64,000 nt of DNA from an uncultured Planctomycetaceae bacterium (GTDB lineage Bacteria; Planctomycetota; Planctomycetia; Planctomycetales; Planctomycetaceae), in NCBI GenBank assembly GCA_963813715.1, contig CAWFAK010000005.1, positions 448,001 through 512,000 on the forward strand, written 5' to 3'. Below, in pieces: positions 43,186 to 55,189 of the stretch (position 1 is the first letter of the stretch; each line of letters begins with the position of its first letter). The notes under the pieces are model-generated. The model saw nothing but the letters and a program-made list of their open reading frames with translations, did not search any database and was not told where the DNA came from. Position numbers and translations under genes: made by a program.

Positions 43186-44145
43186 ATGACTCAAAAAACG
43201 CTGCAGGAATACGCGGAGTGGCTCGACGAGCGGAAGCTCCTCTGGCCGGCACCGCCCAAACGAGTCCCAGTCAAAGCCAAGGCGTACACCGAGCCATTGG
43301 TGGGTATTCGCGGCGTGGCCTTCAATATTTACGGGACTTTGCTGCGAATTTCCGACGGCGAGCTGTTTCTCCGGCATCCCCAGGACGTGCGGATGGAAAT
43401 CGCCCTGGAGAAGACCATCAAAGAATTCGGCATGTGGAACAGCATGACTCGGCAGCCCGGCGCGCCCTGGAAGGGCATGCTCGTCCGCTACGAGCGGGCG
43501 CTGGACGAGCAGCGTCTGTCGACCACGCACGGTCCAGGCGAGATTCCCGAGGCCGACTCCGTGCAGATCTGGATCAAGATGGTTCGGCTATTAGAGCATA
43601 AAGAATATTCGTACGACGTCGCCCAATATGGGCCGCTCGAACAGTTCAGCGAGAAGATCGCCTACTTCTTTCACTCGAGTCTGCAGGGACTGGAAGCCGA
43701 GGAGGGGGCCCTTGCATCGCTAACGAGCCTGTTCCAAGCCGGCATGCGCGTTGGACTTGTGGCCGACGCACAACGCTTCACGCCGGTGCAGATGTTGCGG
43801 GCCTTTCGGCAGCAGGGTACACTCCGCTCGCTGGACGAGTTGTTCGATCCGGCGCTTGTAACCTTGTCCTACCGGGAAGGAGTTCGCAAGCCGTCGCGGT
43901 CGTTGTATCAACACGCCGTCGAACGGTACCGACGGATGGGAATTGCTGCCAGCCAGGTCTTGGCCGTTGGCACGCGGATCCGCGAAGACCTCGCCATCGC
44001 CAAGGAAGTCGGGATGCGGACGGCCCTGTTGGCGGCCGACCGAACGAGCGTGGCCGCCAAGAAAGAGGAGCTGGCCAACCCGGAATTGCGTCCCGATCGG
44101 CTGCTGACCAGCCTCACCCAGCTCCGGGAAATTGTCACTCATTGA
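43186..44145 (+). CDS. HAD-like hydrolase family protein (degenerate motif I)
   Basis: AFNIYGTLL, RKPS, VGTRIREDL and GMRTAL. Confidence 0.75.
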   Translation: MTQKTLQEYAEWLDERKLLWPAPPKRVPVKAKAYTEPLVGIRGVAFNIYGTLLRISDGELFLRHPQDVRMEIALEKTIKEFGMWNSMTRQPGAPWKGMLVRYERALDEQRLSTTHGPGEIPEADSVQIWIKMVRLLEHKEYSYDVAQYGPLEQFSEKIAYFFHSSLQGLEAEEGALASLTSLFQAGMRVGLVADAQRFTPVQMLRAFRQQGTLRSLDELFDPALVTLSYREGVRKPSRSLYQHAVERYRRMGIAASQVLAVGTRIREDLAIAKEVGMRTALLAADRTSVAAKKEELANPELRPDRLLTSLTQLREIVTH

Positions 44146-44244
44146 CTCGGGCGCGGCGGCTGGCAAGAGAATTGCTGCATTTTGGGGGCGTTCATCTGTC
44201 GCGAGTTGTTCCTCCGTTATCTTTGACTTTGCCCAACGACTGCC

Positions 44245-44760
44245 ATGCCCGCACCACCGCTTTACGATTACTCGAAATTTGACTTCGACAAACCGCTGTT
44301 CAGCATCGACGATATCCGCCGCACCAATCCGCAGCGACATGAAATGGAGCAGTTGAGCGGCGTGGTCTACGTCGACACCGAAAACCACGGCGTCGTCGGA
44401 TTCAAGGACATCACCGAGCACGAGTTCTGGAGCCGGGGACACATGCCCGGCTACCCGATCATGCCCGGAGTCGTGCTGTGCGAATGCGCGGCCCAGCTGG
44501 CCGGTTTCTACGCCCGCAAATACGACGTGCTGCGGGGAGATTTCTTGGGCTTCGGCGGCATGGACGACGTGCGTTTCCGCTCGCCGGTCTTACCTCCGTG
44601 CCGATTGATTTTGGTGGCCAAACTCACACTGAACCGTCCGCCGCGTCGCGCGGAATTCGCGTTCCAAGGTTTCGTGAAGGAGCGAATGATCTTCAGCGGC
44701 ACGATGATCGGCGTGCCCATTCACGTCAGCGACCATGTCGGGCACGCTCCCAACGATTGA
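44245..44760 (+). CDS. fabZ: 3-hydroxyacyl-ACP dehydratase, FabZ/FabA family
   Basis: PQRHEMEQL, GHMPGYPIMPGV..E..AQ and VRFRSPVLP. Confidence 0.8.
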   Translation: MPAPPLYDYSKFDFDKPLFSIDDIRRTNPQRHEMEQLSGVVYVDTENHGVVGFKDITEHEFWSRGHMPGYPIMPGVVLCECAAQLAGFYARKYDVLRGDFLGFGGMDDVRFRSPVLPPCRLILVAKLTLNRPPRRAEFAFQGFVKERMIFSGTMIGVPIHVSDHVGHAPND

Positions 44761-44762
44761 AC

Positions 44763-45392
44763 ATGAATTCCCCGCCCCCGCCCCTGCTGGACCTCAAGCC
44801 GTATTTCCTCACGCTCAACGATCTCTCGGCGCCGCTCGACTGGCCGGCCTTCTTCGGGAACGAGAATCCGGTCGAGCTGGATGTCGGCTGCGGCCGAGGA
44901 CTGTTCCTCTTCACCGCCTCGACATCGAATCCCGCGGTCAACTACCTGGGGCTGGAGCTCGATTATCACGAAGGGCGACGGGCCGCCAAGCGATTGTGGA
45001 AGCGCGAGCAGCCCAATGCGCGGGTGCTCGGCGGCGACGCGCGAATCGCCTTGGCCAAGCTCATCACGCCCCAATCGGTTGCCGCGGTGCACGTCTATTT
45101 CCCCGACCCGTGGTGGAAGCGGCGGCACAAGCGGCGGCGATTATTCACGGACGAATTTGTCGATCTAGCGGCCAGGGTGCTGCAGAGAGGCGGCTTGTTC
45201 CATTCCTGGACCGACGTGGAAGAATATTTCGGCGTGATTCGCGCTCTGATGGATCATCATCCGGCGTTCCAAAAGCTTCCGCCGCCCGAGGAGATTCGGC
45301 CGGCGCACGATCTCGATTACCGCACGAGCTTCGAGCGGAAAAAACGTCAGCTCGGCGCCACGATCTCTCGGGGGTTGTGGAAAAAGATGTGA
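44763..45392 (+). CDS. trmB: tRNA (guanine-N7)-methyltransferase
   Basis: LDVGCGRG, YFPDPWWKRRHKRRR, WTD and TSFERK. Confidence 0.93.
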   Translation: MNSPPPPLLDLKPYFLTLNDLSAPLDWPAFFGNENPVELDVGCGRGLFLFTASTSNPAVNYLGLELDYHEGRRAAKRLWKREQPNARVLGGDARIALAKLITPQSVAAVHVYFPDPWWKRRHKRRRLFTDEFVDLAARVLQRGGLFHSWTDVEEYFGVIRALMDHHPAFQKLPPPEEIRPAHDLDYRTSFERKKRQLGATISRGLWKKM

Positions 45393-45404
45393 CGGCCGGC
45401 GCCG

Positions 45405-46569
45405 TCACTCAAAGAGCGCGATACTCGCCGTGAAGCCGTGCAGATAATTCCGGTCGCCGATGGGGCCGATTTCGCCCTCGGCGAAAAAGCCCGCCAGCGG
45501 AATCGGGCCGGCGCTTTGCTGTACGGCCCCCGCGTCGTGATTGGGTGCCGAGAAGAGTCGCGTGCCCCGTCCGTTGCAGCTAAAAAGCAGCCCGGCTTGC
45601 GCGCGAGCGGCGTGGGCGGCCCGGTCGGTCTCCAACAACCCGCGCAGATCCTCGTCAGCCGTGTCGGCATCGCGAACGTGGAAACGAACCGTCTGCCCCA
45701 CACGAACCTGCGACCCCAGGGCGATCGATCCGGTTCCCGAGTCGGCTCCGATCACGTTAGAGATCAAAAAGTCGCCCCGTTCGAATCGATCCTGATATTC
45801 GTCCATCGCCAGACCGAGATGCGGCCCCCTCCGCACGAGCTCGGCATCACGGTCGGACAGCGTGTCGAACATTTCGCGCAACCGCTGCATCGGCGGCACT
45901 CCGCCCAAGGCGTGGACCACGTTCCCCTCCGCCCGCGTAACGACGTAATGCGTGCCGACCGGTCGGCAGCCCTGCGAAACGACTGAGCGAACGAGAGGAC
46001 CGCCACGAACGATCAGTCCGATCGCTCCGTGACGAACATCATGCGAGTTGTAGAACAGTCGATTTTCGCCCGCGCGGTGTCCGCCGCTCGCCATGCCTCC
46101 CAATACCGGAGCGCCGGCAGCTTCGGCATCGCAGTGGTCGAGCACGGTATGCGGCGCCGAGCTGAAAGGATCCGCCAGCAAAAAGACGGCCCGCAAATCC
46201 GGCTCTTTACTGCCAAATTCCGGCAGGCCGCTCGTCACGATGCCGTCGACCGTCCGCTCGAAATTGACGACGAACGGCTCGATGCGCGCCCCCGGCAATA
46301 GGGCCGCCCAGAGGCTGAGCAGGGCCCGACTCGATCTCGTTCGACCCTCCGATAATCGTCTCGCCCGTGCAGCCGATGAGTACTTTGGTGCCGGTCGCTT
46401 CGCAGATCCGCGAGGCCAACCGGGAAAACGCGTCTTGATGGGCGTGATTGACGAACAGGAACGAAATGTCCGGTTCGGCGCCGCGCAGCGCTCCGCGGAC
46501 CTCTTCCATCACCGAGCGGATGGCATCGGACGTGTTGGTCGCGCGGGAGAGGCTGGCGGCAAACGGCAT
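45405..46569 (-). CDS. FIST signal-transduction protein (frameshift near 46320)
   Basis: LIGCTGE, LLADPFS, LGGMASG, VSQGCRPVG, FHVRD, FSCNGRG and GFFAEGEIGP. Confidence 0.9.
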
Positions 46570-46817
46570 GGAGTACGCAATTCCTTGGGGCCGCGCTCCT
46601 TAGGCGCCCGGGTGCGTCGCGGAAAGGGACGCCGATCGACTTGAAAAGCTAAACAAAATCGCCCCTCGACGCGTATCTTACCGCGTATGGCGCGGCCCTG
46701 TCATTCCGAGTCACGCGGTGGGTAGCACGGGGGATTCGAGCCCCTGATTGCCCCGCACTGGTAGAATTGCCGTTGTCGGCCTCGTCAGAGGCAATTGGGG
46801 CTGCCGGGAGGCATATC

Positions 46818-47867
46818 GTGTTTAGTCCGCGAATCCGCACCAAGTCGCTGGTCATCGTGTGCCGCAGCCTGGCCACGATGATCGATGCCGGCATTCCCAT
46901 CGGCAAAGCCTTCGAGCTCGCCTCCAAGAAGTCCGGCGATCTCCGCTCGACGCACGCCATGATCGAGATTGCGGCTGACTTGCGTCGCGGACTCGACGTG
47001 ACCGAGGCGATGCGAGCTCGCGGCCTGGCCTTCCCCGAAACGATGATCGAGCTGGTGGGCGTCGCCGAGCAAACGGGCAACTTGCCCGAGGTGCTCAAAT
47101 CGCTGGCGGGGCACTACGAAAATACCGTCCGGCTGCGGCGGGAGTTTGTCTCGAAGATCACCTTTCCGGCCTTTCAGCTGGTGGCGGCCATCCTGGTCAT
47201 CGCGTTGATGCTCTACATTCTGGGGATCATCGCCGAGGCTCACCCGGGCTCCAAACCGGTCGACATTCTCGGCCTCGGCTTGTACGGATCCCGCGGCGCG
47301 CTCATCTGGCTGGCGACCACGTTTGGCTCGCTGCTCGGCGCCATCGTCCTGGGAATCGTGATTCGGCGTTCGCTCTTGGGACAACGGGTCTTCGACTCGT
47401 TCATGCTGCAGATCCCGGTGATCGGCTGGTGCCTGCGCTCGTTCGCGATCGCTCGATTTTCTTGGTCGTTCGCGTTGACGCAGCAAGCCGGTATGTCGAT
47501 TGAACCGAGTCTGACCGCCAGCTTCAAAGCGACCTCGAACGGCGCCTTTCTGAAAGCGTCGCCCCACGTGTGGGCTGCCGTCCGCGAGGGAGAAACCCTG
47601 CACTCCGCGCTCGAAGAGACGCAGCTGTTCCCCGTCGACTACCTGCACATCATCGACGTGGCCGAGACCACCGGCACCGTGCCCGAAACGCTGGAACGGA
47701 TCAGCCCCGAGCTGGAGGGTCAGGCCCGCCGTGCGATGGACATGCTGGCCTCAGCGGCGGCCTGGTCGATCTGGTGCCTGGTGGCCACGTTCATCGTGTT
47801 CCTGATCTTCCGCGTTGCCATGTTCTACATCGGCCAGCTGAACGACGCGGTCAACATGGCAAGGTGA
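46818..47867 (+). CDS. Type II secretion system F family protein (PilC/GspF-like), stand-alone
   Basis: [19 protein letters not shown] and AETTGTV in two T2SSF domains with TM helices. Confidence 0.88.
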   Translation: MFSPRIRTKSLVIVCRSLATMIDAGIPIGKAFELASKKSGDLRSTHAMIEIAADLRRGLDVTEAMRARGLAFPETMIELVGVAEQTGNLPEVLKSLAGHYENTVRLRREFVSKITFPAFQLVAAILVIALMLYILGIIAEAHPGSKPVDILGLGLYGSRGALIWLATTFGSLLGAIVLGIVIRRSLLGQRVFDSFMLQIPVIGWCLRSFAIARFSWSFALTQQAGMSIEPSLTASFKATSNGAFLKASPHVWAAVREGETLHSALEETQLFPVDYLHIIDVAETTGTVPETLERISPELEGQARRAMDMLASAAAWSIWCLVATFIVFLIFRVAMFYIGQLNDAVNMAR

Positions 47868-47997
47868 CACGCTCGCGCCGGCGGCGCTTGCCTCAGATTT
47901 CTTCCGCCTGGGGAATCCGGGGCACGTTTGTCCACTCTCCCATTGCGGAGCCGATGGGCCACATCGTAGCCTGGGAGGAGCAATTGGGCCTCAATCC

Positions 47998-50936
47998 ATG
48001 AACGATCCGCGAAGCTCGGACGATCGCTCTCTCGACCTGCCGGCCTCGACCATGATTGGCGGTGTCGCCGGCGCCGGCCCGCCGCCGCGCGAAAGGGTCG
48101 GCAGCGTCATCGGGCCGTACAAGCTCCAGCAGCAGCTTGGCGAGGGCGGCTTCGGCATCGTCTACATGGCCGAGCAGGAAAAGCCGGTCCGCCGCATTGT
48201 CGCCCTCAAGATCATCAAGCCGGGCATGGACACGGCCCAGGTGATCGCCCGCTTTGAGTCGGAGCGGCAGGCTCTGGCCCTGATGGATCACCCCAATATC
48301 GCCCGCGTGCTCGACGCCGGCGCGACCGATTCGGGCCATCCCTACTTCGTGATGGAACTGGTCCGCGGCGTGCCCATCACCGAGTTCTGTGACAAGAACC
48401 ACTCGTCGCCCGAGGAACGACTCAAGCTTTTCATTGACGTCTGCCACGCGATTCAGCACGCGCATCACAAAGGAGTTATTCATCGCGACATCAAGCCGTC
48501 GAACGTGCTGGTAACGCTGCACGACGGTGTGCCCGTCGTGAAGGTCATCGACTTCGGGGTCGCCAAAGCAACCGTGCAGAAGCTGACTGAGAAGACGTTG
48601 TTTACAGCGTTCGGCCAGATGCTCGGCACTCCCGCTTACATGAGCCCCGAGCAAGCCGAGATGAGCGGCCTCGACATCGACACCCGTAGCGACGTCTATT
48701 CGCTCGGCGTACTGCTTTATGAGTTACTGACCGGAACGACGCCGATCGAGGCCGCCAAGTTGCGGGCCGCCGGTTACGCGGAAATGCAGCGCCTCATCCG
48801 CGAGCAGGACGCACCGCGCCCGAGCACGCGGTTTTCCAAGCTCGGAGACACGGCCACGATCGTGGCGGGCAATCGGGGTGTTGACGTCAAACGGCTCGTG
48901 CAACTGCTCGCGGGCGACCTCGACTGGGTGGTGATGAAGGCGCTCGAGAAGGACCGTAACCGCCGCTACGACACGCCCGGGGGGTTCGCCGACGACGTCC
49001 AACGCTATCTCCGCCGCGAAGCGATCGTCGCCCGGCCTCCGTCGACGCCTTACAAAGTCCGGAAATTCGCCCAGCGAAATCGGGGCACCGTGGTGACCGT
49101 GACCGTCGTCGCCATCGCGCTCTTGGCGGGTATTGTCGTCTCGACGTGGCAGGCGCTGCGGGCACGGCGCGCCGAAGCGGCGGCGATCGTGGCCGCCGAC
49201 GAGGCGCGGGCCAGTGAAGCAGAAACAAAGGAGGCGCTCTTGCGCGCACGCGCGCGGAGGCCGCGGCTCATGCCGCCGCCAACGAAGCTCGCGCTCGCGA
49301 GGCCGAGACCAAAGTCGCCCTCACGCGCGCGACCCGTGCCGAAGCGTCTGCCCAATCCGCCGCCAACGAGGCGCGGGCTCGCGAGGCGGAGTCCAAAGCG
49401 GTTGTCAGCTTTGTCGAGAACCAGGTCTTTGCCGCCGCGCGGCCGACAGGACAAGAAGGCGGCCTCGGACGCGATGTCACAATGGGAAAGGCGATCGAGT
49501 CGGCGGTGCCTTACGTCACCAAGAGTTTTCCCAGCCAGCCCCTGATTGAAGCCAAGCTGCGTTTGACGCTCGGGAAGTCGTTCTATTTCCTGGGCGAGGC
49601 ACAGAAGGCCGCCGAACAAGAGGAGGCGGCCCGCGCCATCTACACGCGCTTGTTGGGGCCCGACGACCCGTTGACGCTGTATGCGATGCACAATCTGGCC
49701 AGCAGCTATAGCGTGCTCGGTCGCGTCGACGAGGCCCTCCGGCTCCGCGAGGCAACGCTCGCCTTGCGCCGCACGAAGCTCGGTCCTGACAACCCGGAAA
49801 CACTTGCCAGCATGAACAATCTCGCGCTGAGCTACGGCGACGCCGGCCGGAACGCCGACGCGCTCAAGCTGCGGGAAGAGACTCTGGCGCGATTCAAGGC
49901 AACGGAGGGGCCCACCCACGCCGACACCTTGATGGCGATGAACAACCTGGCCAATGCCTATTTCGCGCTGAACCGATATGAGGAGGCGCTCAAACTGCGC
50001 GAGGAGGCATTCGCCCTCTACAAATCCAAGATCGGACTCGACCACCCCGACACGCTGCGGGCCATGGGTAACCTGGCCAGCAGTCTTTCGATGGCCGGAC
50101 GCAACGACGAGGCCCTCAAGCTCCGCGAGGAAACGCTGGCGCTTCGCAAAGCCAAACTCGGCCCCGACCATCCTTCTACACTGATCAGCATGAGCGCCTT
50201 GGGCGATAGTTACGAGAGCCTGGGCCGCCATGCGGACGCACTGAAGATCCGCGAGGAGAACCTGGCACTGCGCAAAGCCAAGCTCGGCCCCGACCATCCT
50301 GACACGCTGTTCAGTATGAACAACCTCGCGGACTCCTACGCCGCCCTGGGGCGTGACGCCGACGCACTGAAACTCCGTGAGGAAACGTTCGCACTGCGGA
50401 GGGCCAAGCTGGGCGCCGACCATCCCGACACGCTGATTACCATGTCGGAACTGGCGGAAAGCATGGTGGCGGCCAATCGCAGCCAGGAAGCGTCGCCGAT
50501 GATCGACGAGTGCCTCCGTCTCGCCGCTGGGAAGAATGTCGATTCGAGCGTCCTTTTCAGCGCGTACAACGCGCGCCTGCGGATTTACGAAAAGGCGAAG
50601 GATGCCGCCGGTTGCCGCCAGACCGCCGAGACCTGGGAAAAGCTCAACCGCACCGATCCCGACAGCTTGTACACGGCCGCCTGCTTCCGCTCGATAACGG
50701 CGTTCCTGCTTCGGGCCGCCGACAAGTCTCCTGGCGCCAACGCTCCGTCCGACGAAGAGGCCAACCGCGCCATGGCTTGGCTGAAGCAAGCCATCGCGGC
50801 CGGCTTCAAGAACGCGGCACACATGAAAGAGGACAAAGACCTCGACGCCCTCCGCAGCCGCGAGGACTTCAAGAAAATGATGGCCACGATGGAAGGGGCA
50901 AACACCAAGGCGTCCTCGGCCGCTGCCGCAAAGTGA
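47998..50936 (+). CDS. Ser/Thr protein kinase with TM segment and C-terminal TPR repeats (frameshift near 49250)
   Basis: [32 protein letters not shown] and DVYSLG; seven 42-aa G.DHP repeats; DKDLDALR tail. Confidence 0.93.
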
Positions 50937-50996
50937 CTCACTGCGGCTCGTGCCGAAGGCGATACGACACAGCCCATTGTCATGAAAGGCGATTGA

Positions 50997-53811
50997 GTGG
51001 CCAACCTCGACGACGAAGCCGAACGACTCTGGACCGTCGGCCGCGCCGGTGAGGTGCTCGCCTACCTCGACGGTCACGATCTCGTCGTCCCCGCGGACAA
51101 TCTGAAACGCTGGACGAGTTGGCAACCCCGATTCCATTCGGCTCTGGGCGATGACGATCCGTCGACGCTCGCGGTCCGCGGCAAGATCGCTCACTGGACC
51201 GGAAAATCCGGCGACGTGCCCGAGGCACTGCGACTCTTCCAGGAGCTTTTACCCCACCAGGCGCGCGTACTCGGACCCGAGGATCCCCAGACGCTTGTGA
51301 CTCGTCGCAACATCGCCATCTGGACCGGCGAATGCGGGGATGCCCGGGCTGCGCATCAGCTGTTCGAGGAACTTTTGCCGGCCCAGAGCCGAGTCTTGGG
51401 ACCCGACCATACGGACACGTTGACCACCCGGAGCAACGCCGCGTACTGGAGATTTAGAACGGGCGATCAGCGGGCAGCGCTACAATTGCTGACGGAGCTG
51501 TTGCCTCGGCACGAACAGGCCTTGGGCCCCGACCACCCGGAAGTTCTCTGGACGCGCAGCCGTATCGCGGTGGGCACACTGGAGCTGCGCCAGGTGGACC
51601 AGGCCATGCCGCTCCTCCAACAGGTGCTGGCCGACCGGACGCGCGCCCTGGGTGCCGATCATCCGGATACGCTGTCGACCCGCGGCAACATTGCCACCTG
51701 CTTCGGCCGGAAAGGGGACGTGCGCGAGGCGCTACGGCTGCTCGAGGAACTGCTCCCCGACCGCGTCCGCATCCTCGGGCCGGACCATCGCGACACTCTG
51801 ACCAATCGCGGCAACATCGCGATGTGGACCAGCCAGACCGGGGAGCTGAGAGAGGCCCTGCGCCTGCAGATCGAGCTGCTCCCGGACCAGATCCGTGTCT
51901 TCGGGCCGGACCATCCCAACGCGCTTGCCGCCCGCAACAACCTCGCGCATCTGACGGGAAGGACCGGCGACACGCACGGGGCCCTGCGTCTCTTTCGGGA
52001 ATTGGTGCCGGACGAGGAGCGGGTCCATGGGGCCGTTCATCCGTCCGCGCTGACGGCGCGCAACAACCTCGCGCACTGGACGGGCGAGGCCGGAGACATC
52101 CACGAAGCGCAGCGCCTGTTCACGCAAGTCGTGGCCGACCGCATTCGGCTCCGTGGGGCGGATCATCCGGAAACGCTCCTGGCCCGCAACAACCTCGCCG
52201 CCTGGATCGGACGCAACGGCGACCCGCGGGAGGCGCTGAGACTCCTCGAGGATCTCTTGCCGGACACTCAACGCGTGATGGGTCCCGAGCATCATCAAAC
52301 GCTGGCTGTGTTGAACAACTTCGCCCAATATTCCGGCCGCAGCGGCGACCCGCGCAAGGCGGCTCGGCTCTTCCAGGAACTCGTCCCTCTCCGCAGCCGG
52401 GTTCTGGGCCCCAATCATCCGGAGACCTTGACCGCCCGGCAGAATCTGGCCACGTGGACCGGACAGGCAGGTAACGGTCGCGAAGCACTGCGGTTGCATG
52501 CCGAACTATTCCGCGACCAGGAGCGGATCCTCGGGCCCGATCACCCTTCGACGCTGGTGACGCGGAATAATCTTTCCCTCAGCACCAACCGCGCAGGCGA
52601 CCCTCGCGAAGCGCGCAAGCTGCAGAGCCGGCTCGTCGGCGACTACGAGCGGATCTCGGGCGCGACCACCCCACAACGCTCACGGCGCGCGCCAACCTCG
52701 CCACTTTGAGTGGACAGTGCGGCGACGTGCACGAGGCCGCGGAGATCTTCCACAACCTCGTGCCCGACCAGCAACGCGTGCTGGGGCCACAGCATCCGGA
52801 AACTCTCCGAAGCCGTTCGAAACCTCGCCCAATTCACCGGCGATTTGGGAAACGCACGCGAGGCGCTGCGCCTGTTCGAGGAACTCTTGCCCGACCGAGT
52901 TGCCGTGCTGGGAGCCGATCATCCCGACACGCTGTTGACGCGGCACAATATCGCCCATTGGACGCACGAGTGCGGGGATTCCCGGACTGCCGTCCGCCTT
53001 TATCAAAACCTCTTACCCGATACGATTCGCGTTCTTGGTCCCGATCATCCCGACACCCTGAGGACCGTCAACAATCTCGCGCAAATGACGGGTGCGCTCG
53101 GCAAGTCGCAAGAACGCACTCGAACTCTCACAAGCGAATTTGGACGAAAAGGTGCGAGTTTGCGGTCCCGATCACCCCGAGACTTTGACCGCGCGCAATA
53201 ACGTCGCGCATTGGACGAGCGAGACCGGCGACCCGCGCAAAGCCTTGCAACTCTATCAAGAGCTCCGGCCCGACCAGGAGCGAGTCCTGGGGACGGATCA
53301 TCCCAGCACGCTGCGAACTCGTGGCAACATCGCGCATCTCGTCGGCGAACTCGGCGATGCAACGCGAGCCGTGGCGCTTCACCGCGGGCTCTTGGCCGAT
53401 CGAGATCGCATCCTTGGCCCCGACCATCCGGAGACGTTGACCACTCGCAATAACTTGGGTCATTGGCTCGCAAAAGTCGGCGATCGCCAGGAAGAACTGC
53501 GCGTCTATGAACAGCTTGTGCGCGACAGCGAGCGCATCCTCGGCCCGGCGCATCCCGACACGCTGCGAGCCCGAGCCAACTATGCGGTCGCACTGGTCGA
53601 GACAGGAAAGCGCGCCCAGGGTCTGGCGATGCTGAAGGAAGTCCTGCCCGAAAGGGAAAGCCTCCTGGGGGCGAATCATCCGGACATTCGACTGTTGCGC
53701 AACAACATCGACATTATCAGCAAGGCGCGACCAGGTGCCGTCGGCCCTCTTGCCCGGATGGCTGGATGGATCAGGCAGCTCATCGGGCGGCTGTGGCGAC
53801 CGTCGCCCTGA
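50997..53811 (+). CDS. Tetratricopeptide-repeat protein with about 21 tandem 42-aa repeats (frameshifts ~52655-52820 and ~53115)
   Basis: [17 protein letters not shown] unit recurs every 126 bp from ~51140 to ~53700 across several ORFs. Confidence 0.85.
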
Positions 53812-53943
53812 GAACTGAGCGCGGAACTCCCTGAGAGACGATCAAGCGAGGCGGGCACTCCGGGGGGTGGCGCTCATGCCTCACGTCGGCACGCGAGCCG
53901 CAGGTTCTGAACAGCACGACGCGCTCAGGCTCGTTCGACGCGG

Positions 53944-55131
53944 TCATTTGTCGTCGAGCAGTTCAACGGCCTCGAAGCGTTTGCCTTCCATCAGCTCCAA
54001 GCTGGCGCCGCCCCCCGTGCTGACGTGCGTGACTTTGTCAGCCAGGCCAAGTTGCTGGATGGCCGCCGCGCTATCGCCTCCGCCAATAATGCTCGTCGCG
54101 TGGCTGTTGGCCACAGCCTCGGCCACCGCGCGGGTGCCGGCATCGAAGGGAGGCATCTCGAAGACGCCCATCGGGCCGTTCCAGATGACGGTCTTCGCCG
54201 TGCGAATCGTGTCGGCAAACAGGCGGGCCGTCTGCGGTCCGATGTCCAACCCTTCGTAACCGTCGGGGATTTGCCCCGAGGCGACGACCTGCTTGTTGCA
54301 GTCGGCACTGAAGGCGTCGCCGCAGTGCGTATCGACGGGCAGCATCAACTTGCCCGCGCCGATTTTCAGCAGCTCGCGGGCGAGCTCGATTTTGTCGGGT
54401 TCGACCAGGCTCTTGCCGACCTTCCCGCCTTGGGCCAGCGAGAAGGTATAGGCCATCGCCCCGCCGACGAGCACACGGTCGCAGACCGGCAACAGATTGC
54501 GGATGACATTGATCTTATCGGAGACCTTGGCCCCGCCGAGGATTGCTAGGAAAGGTCGCTCAGGATGGGCGATCGTCTCCAGGAGATATTGCAACTCCTT
54601 GGCAACCAGGAAGCCCATCACCTTGGGTTTGTTGCCCATCGCCTTGGGAACGGCGACCATCGAGGCATCGGTGCGGTGGCAGGTGCCGAAGGCGTCGTTG
54701 CAATAGATATCGCCCAGCGCGGCCAGCGCGCGGGCGAACTCGGTGTCGCCGGCTTGCTCACCCGCATAGAACCGCACGTTCTCCAGAAGCAACACGCCCC
54801 CCGACTTGAGCGCCGCCGCCTTCGCCTTCGCATCGTCGCCGATCGCGTCTGGGGCAAAGTCGACCGGACGCTTGAGCAACTCGGCAAGCCGCGTGGCGAC
54901 AGGTTTCAGGCTGTATTTCGGCTCGGGTCCTTTGCCTTTGGGCCGTCCGAGGTGGCTCATCAGGATCAACTTGCCGCCGCGCGACAGAACCGACTCGATC
55001 GTCGGCAGCGCCATTCGAATCCGCAGGTCGTCGGTAATCTGCTGCTGGTCATCAAGAGGCACGTTGAAATCGACCCGCATGAGCACTGTGCGACCGTTGA
55101 CATCAACGTCGGCAATCGAACGCTTGGGCAT
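53944..55131 (-). CDS. pgk: Phosphoglycerate kinase
   Basis: [43 protein letters not shown] and [11 protein letters not shown]. Confidence 0.98.
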   Translation of the reverse strand: MPKRSIADVDVNGRTVLMRVDFNVPLDDQQQITDDLRIRMALPTIESVLSRGGKLILMSHLGRPKGKGPEPKYSLKPVATRLAELLKRPVDFAPDAIGDDAKAKAAALKSGGVLLLENVRFYAGEQAGDTEFARALAALGDIYCNDAFGTCHRTDASMVAVPKAMGNKPKVMGFLVAKELQYLLETIAHPERPFLAILGGAKVSDKINVIRNLLPVCDRVLVGGAMAYTFSLAQGGKVGKSLVEPDKIELARELLKIGAGKLMLPVDTHCGDAFSADCNKQVVASGQIPDGYEGLDIGPQTARLFADTIRTAKTVIWNGPMGVFEMPPFDAGTRAVAEAVANSHATSIIGGGDSAAAIQQLGLADKVTHVSTGGGASLELMEGKRFEAVELLDDK

Positions 55132-55189
55132 GAGGAAACTCGAATCTCCAGGAATCGGGACGAGGGGAAGTCGCGTCGCCCCAGCGCGA

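Noticed and set aside
46720..46760. T-arm-like hairpin GGGGATTCGAGCCCC
   Set aside because: No D-arm, anticodon arm or acceptor stem, and it does not match the tRNA-Met 3' end.
51140..53700. 126-bp periodicity resembling a CRISPR array or DNA repeat element
   Set aside because: Units are conserved at the protein level with synonymous variation (TPR coding). There is no identical repeat/spacer structure and no cas gene.
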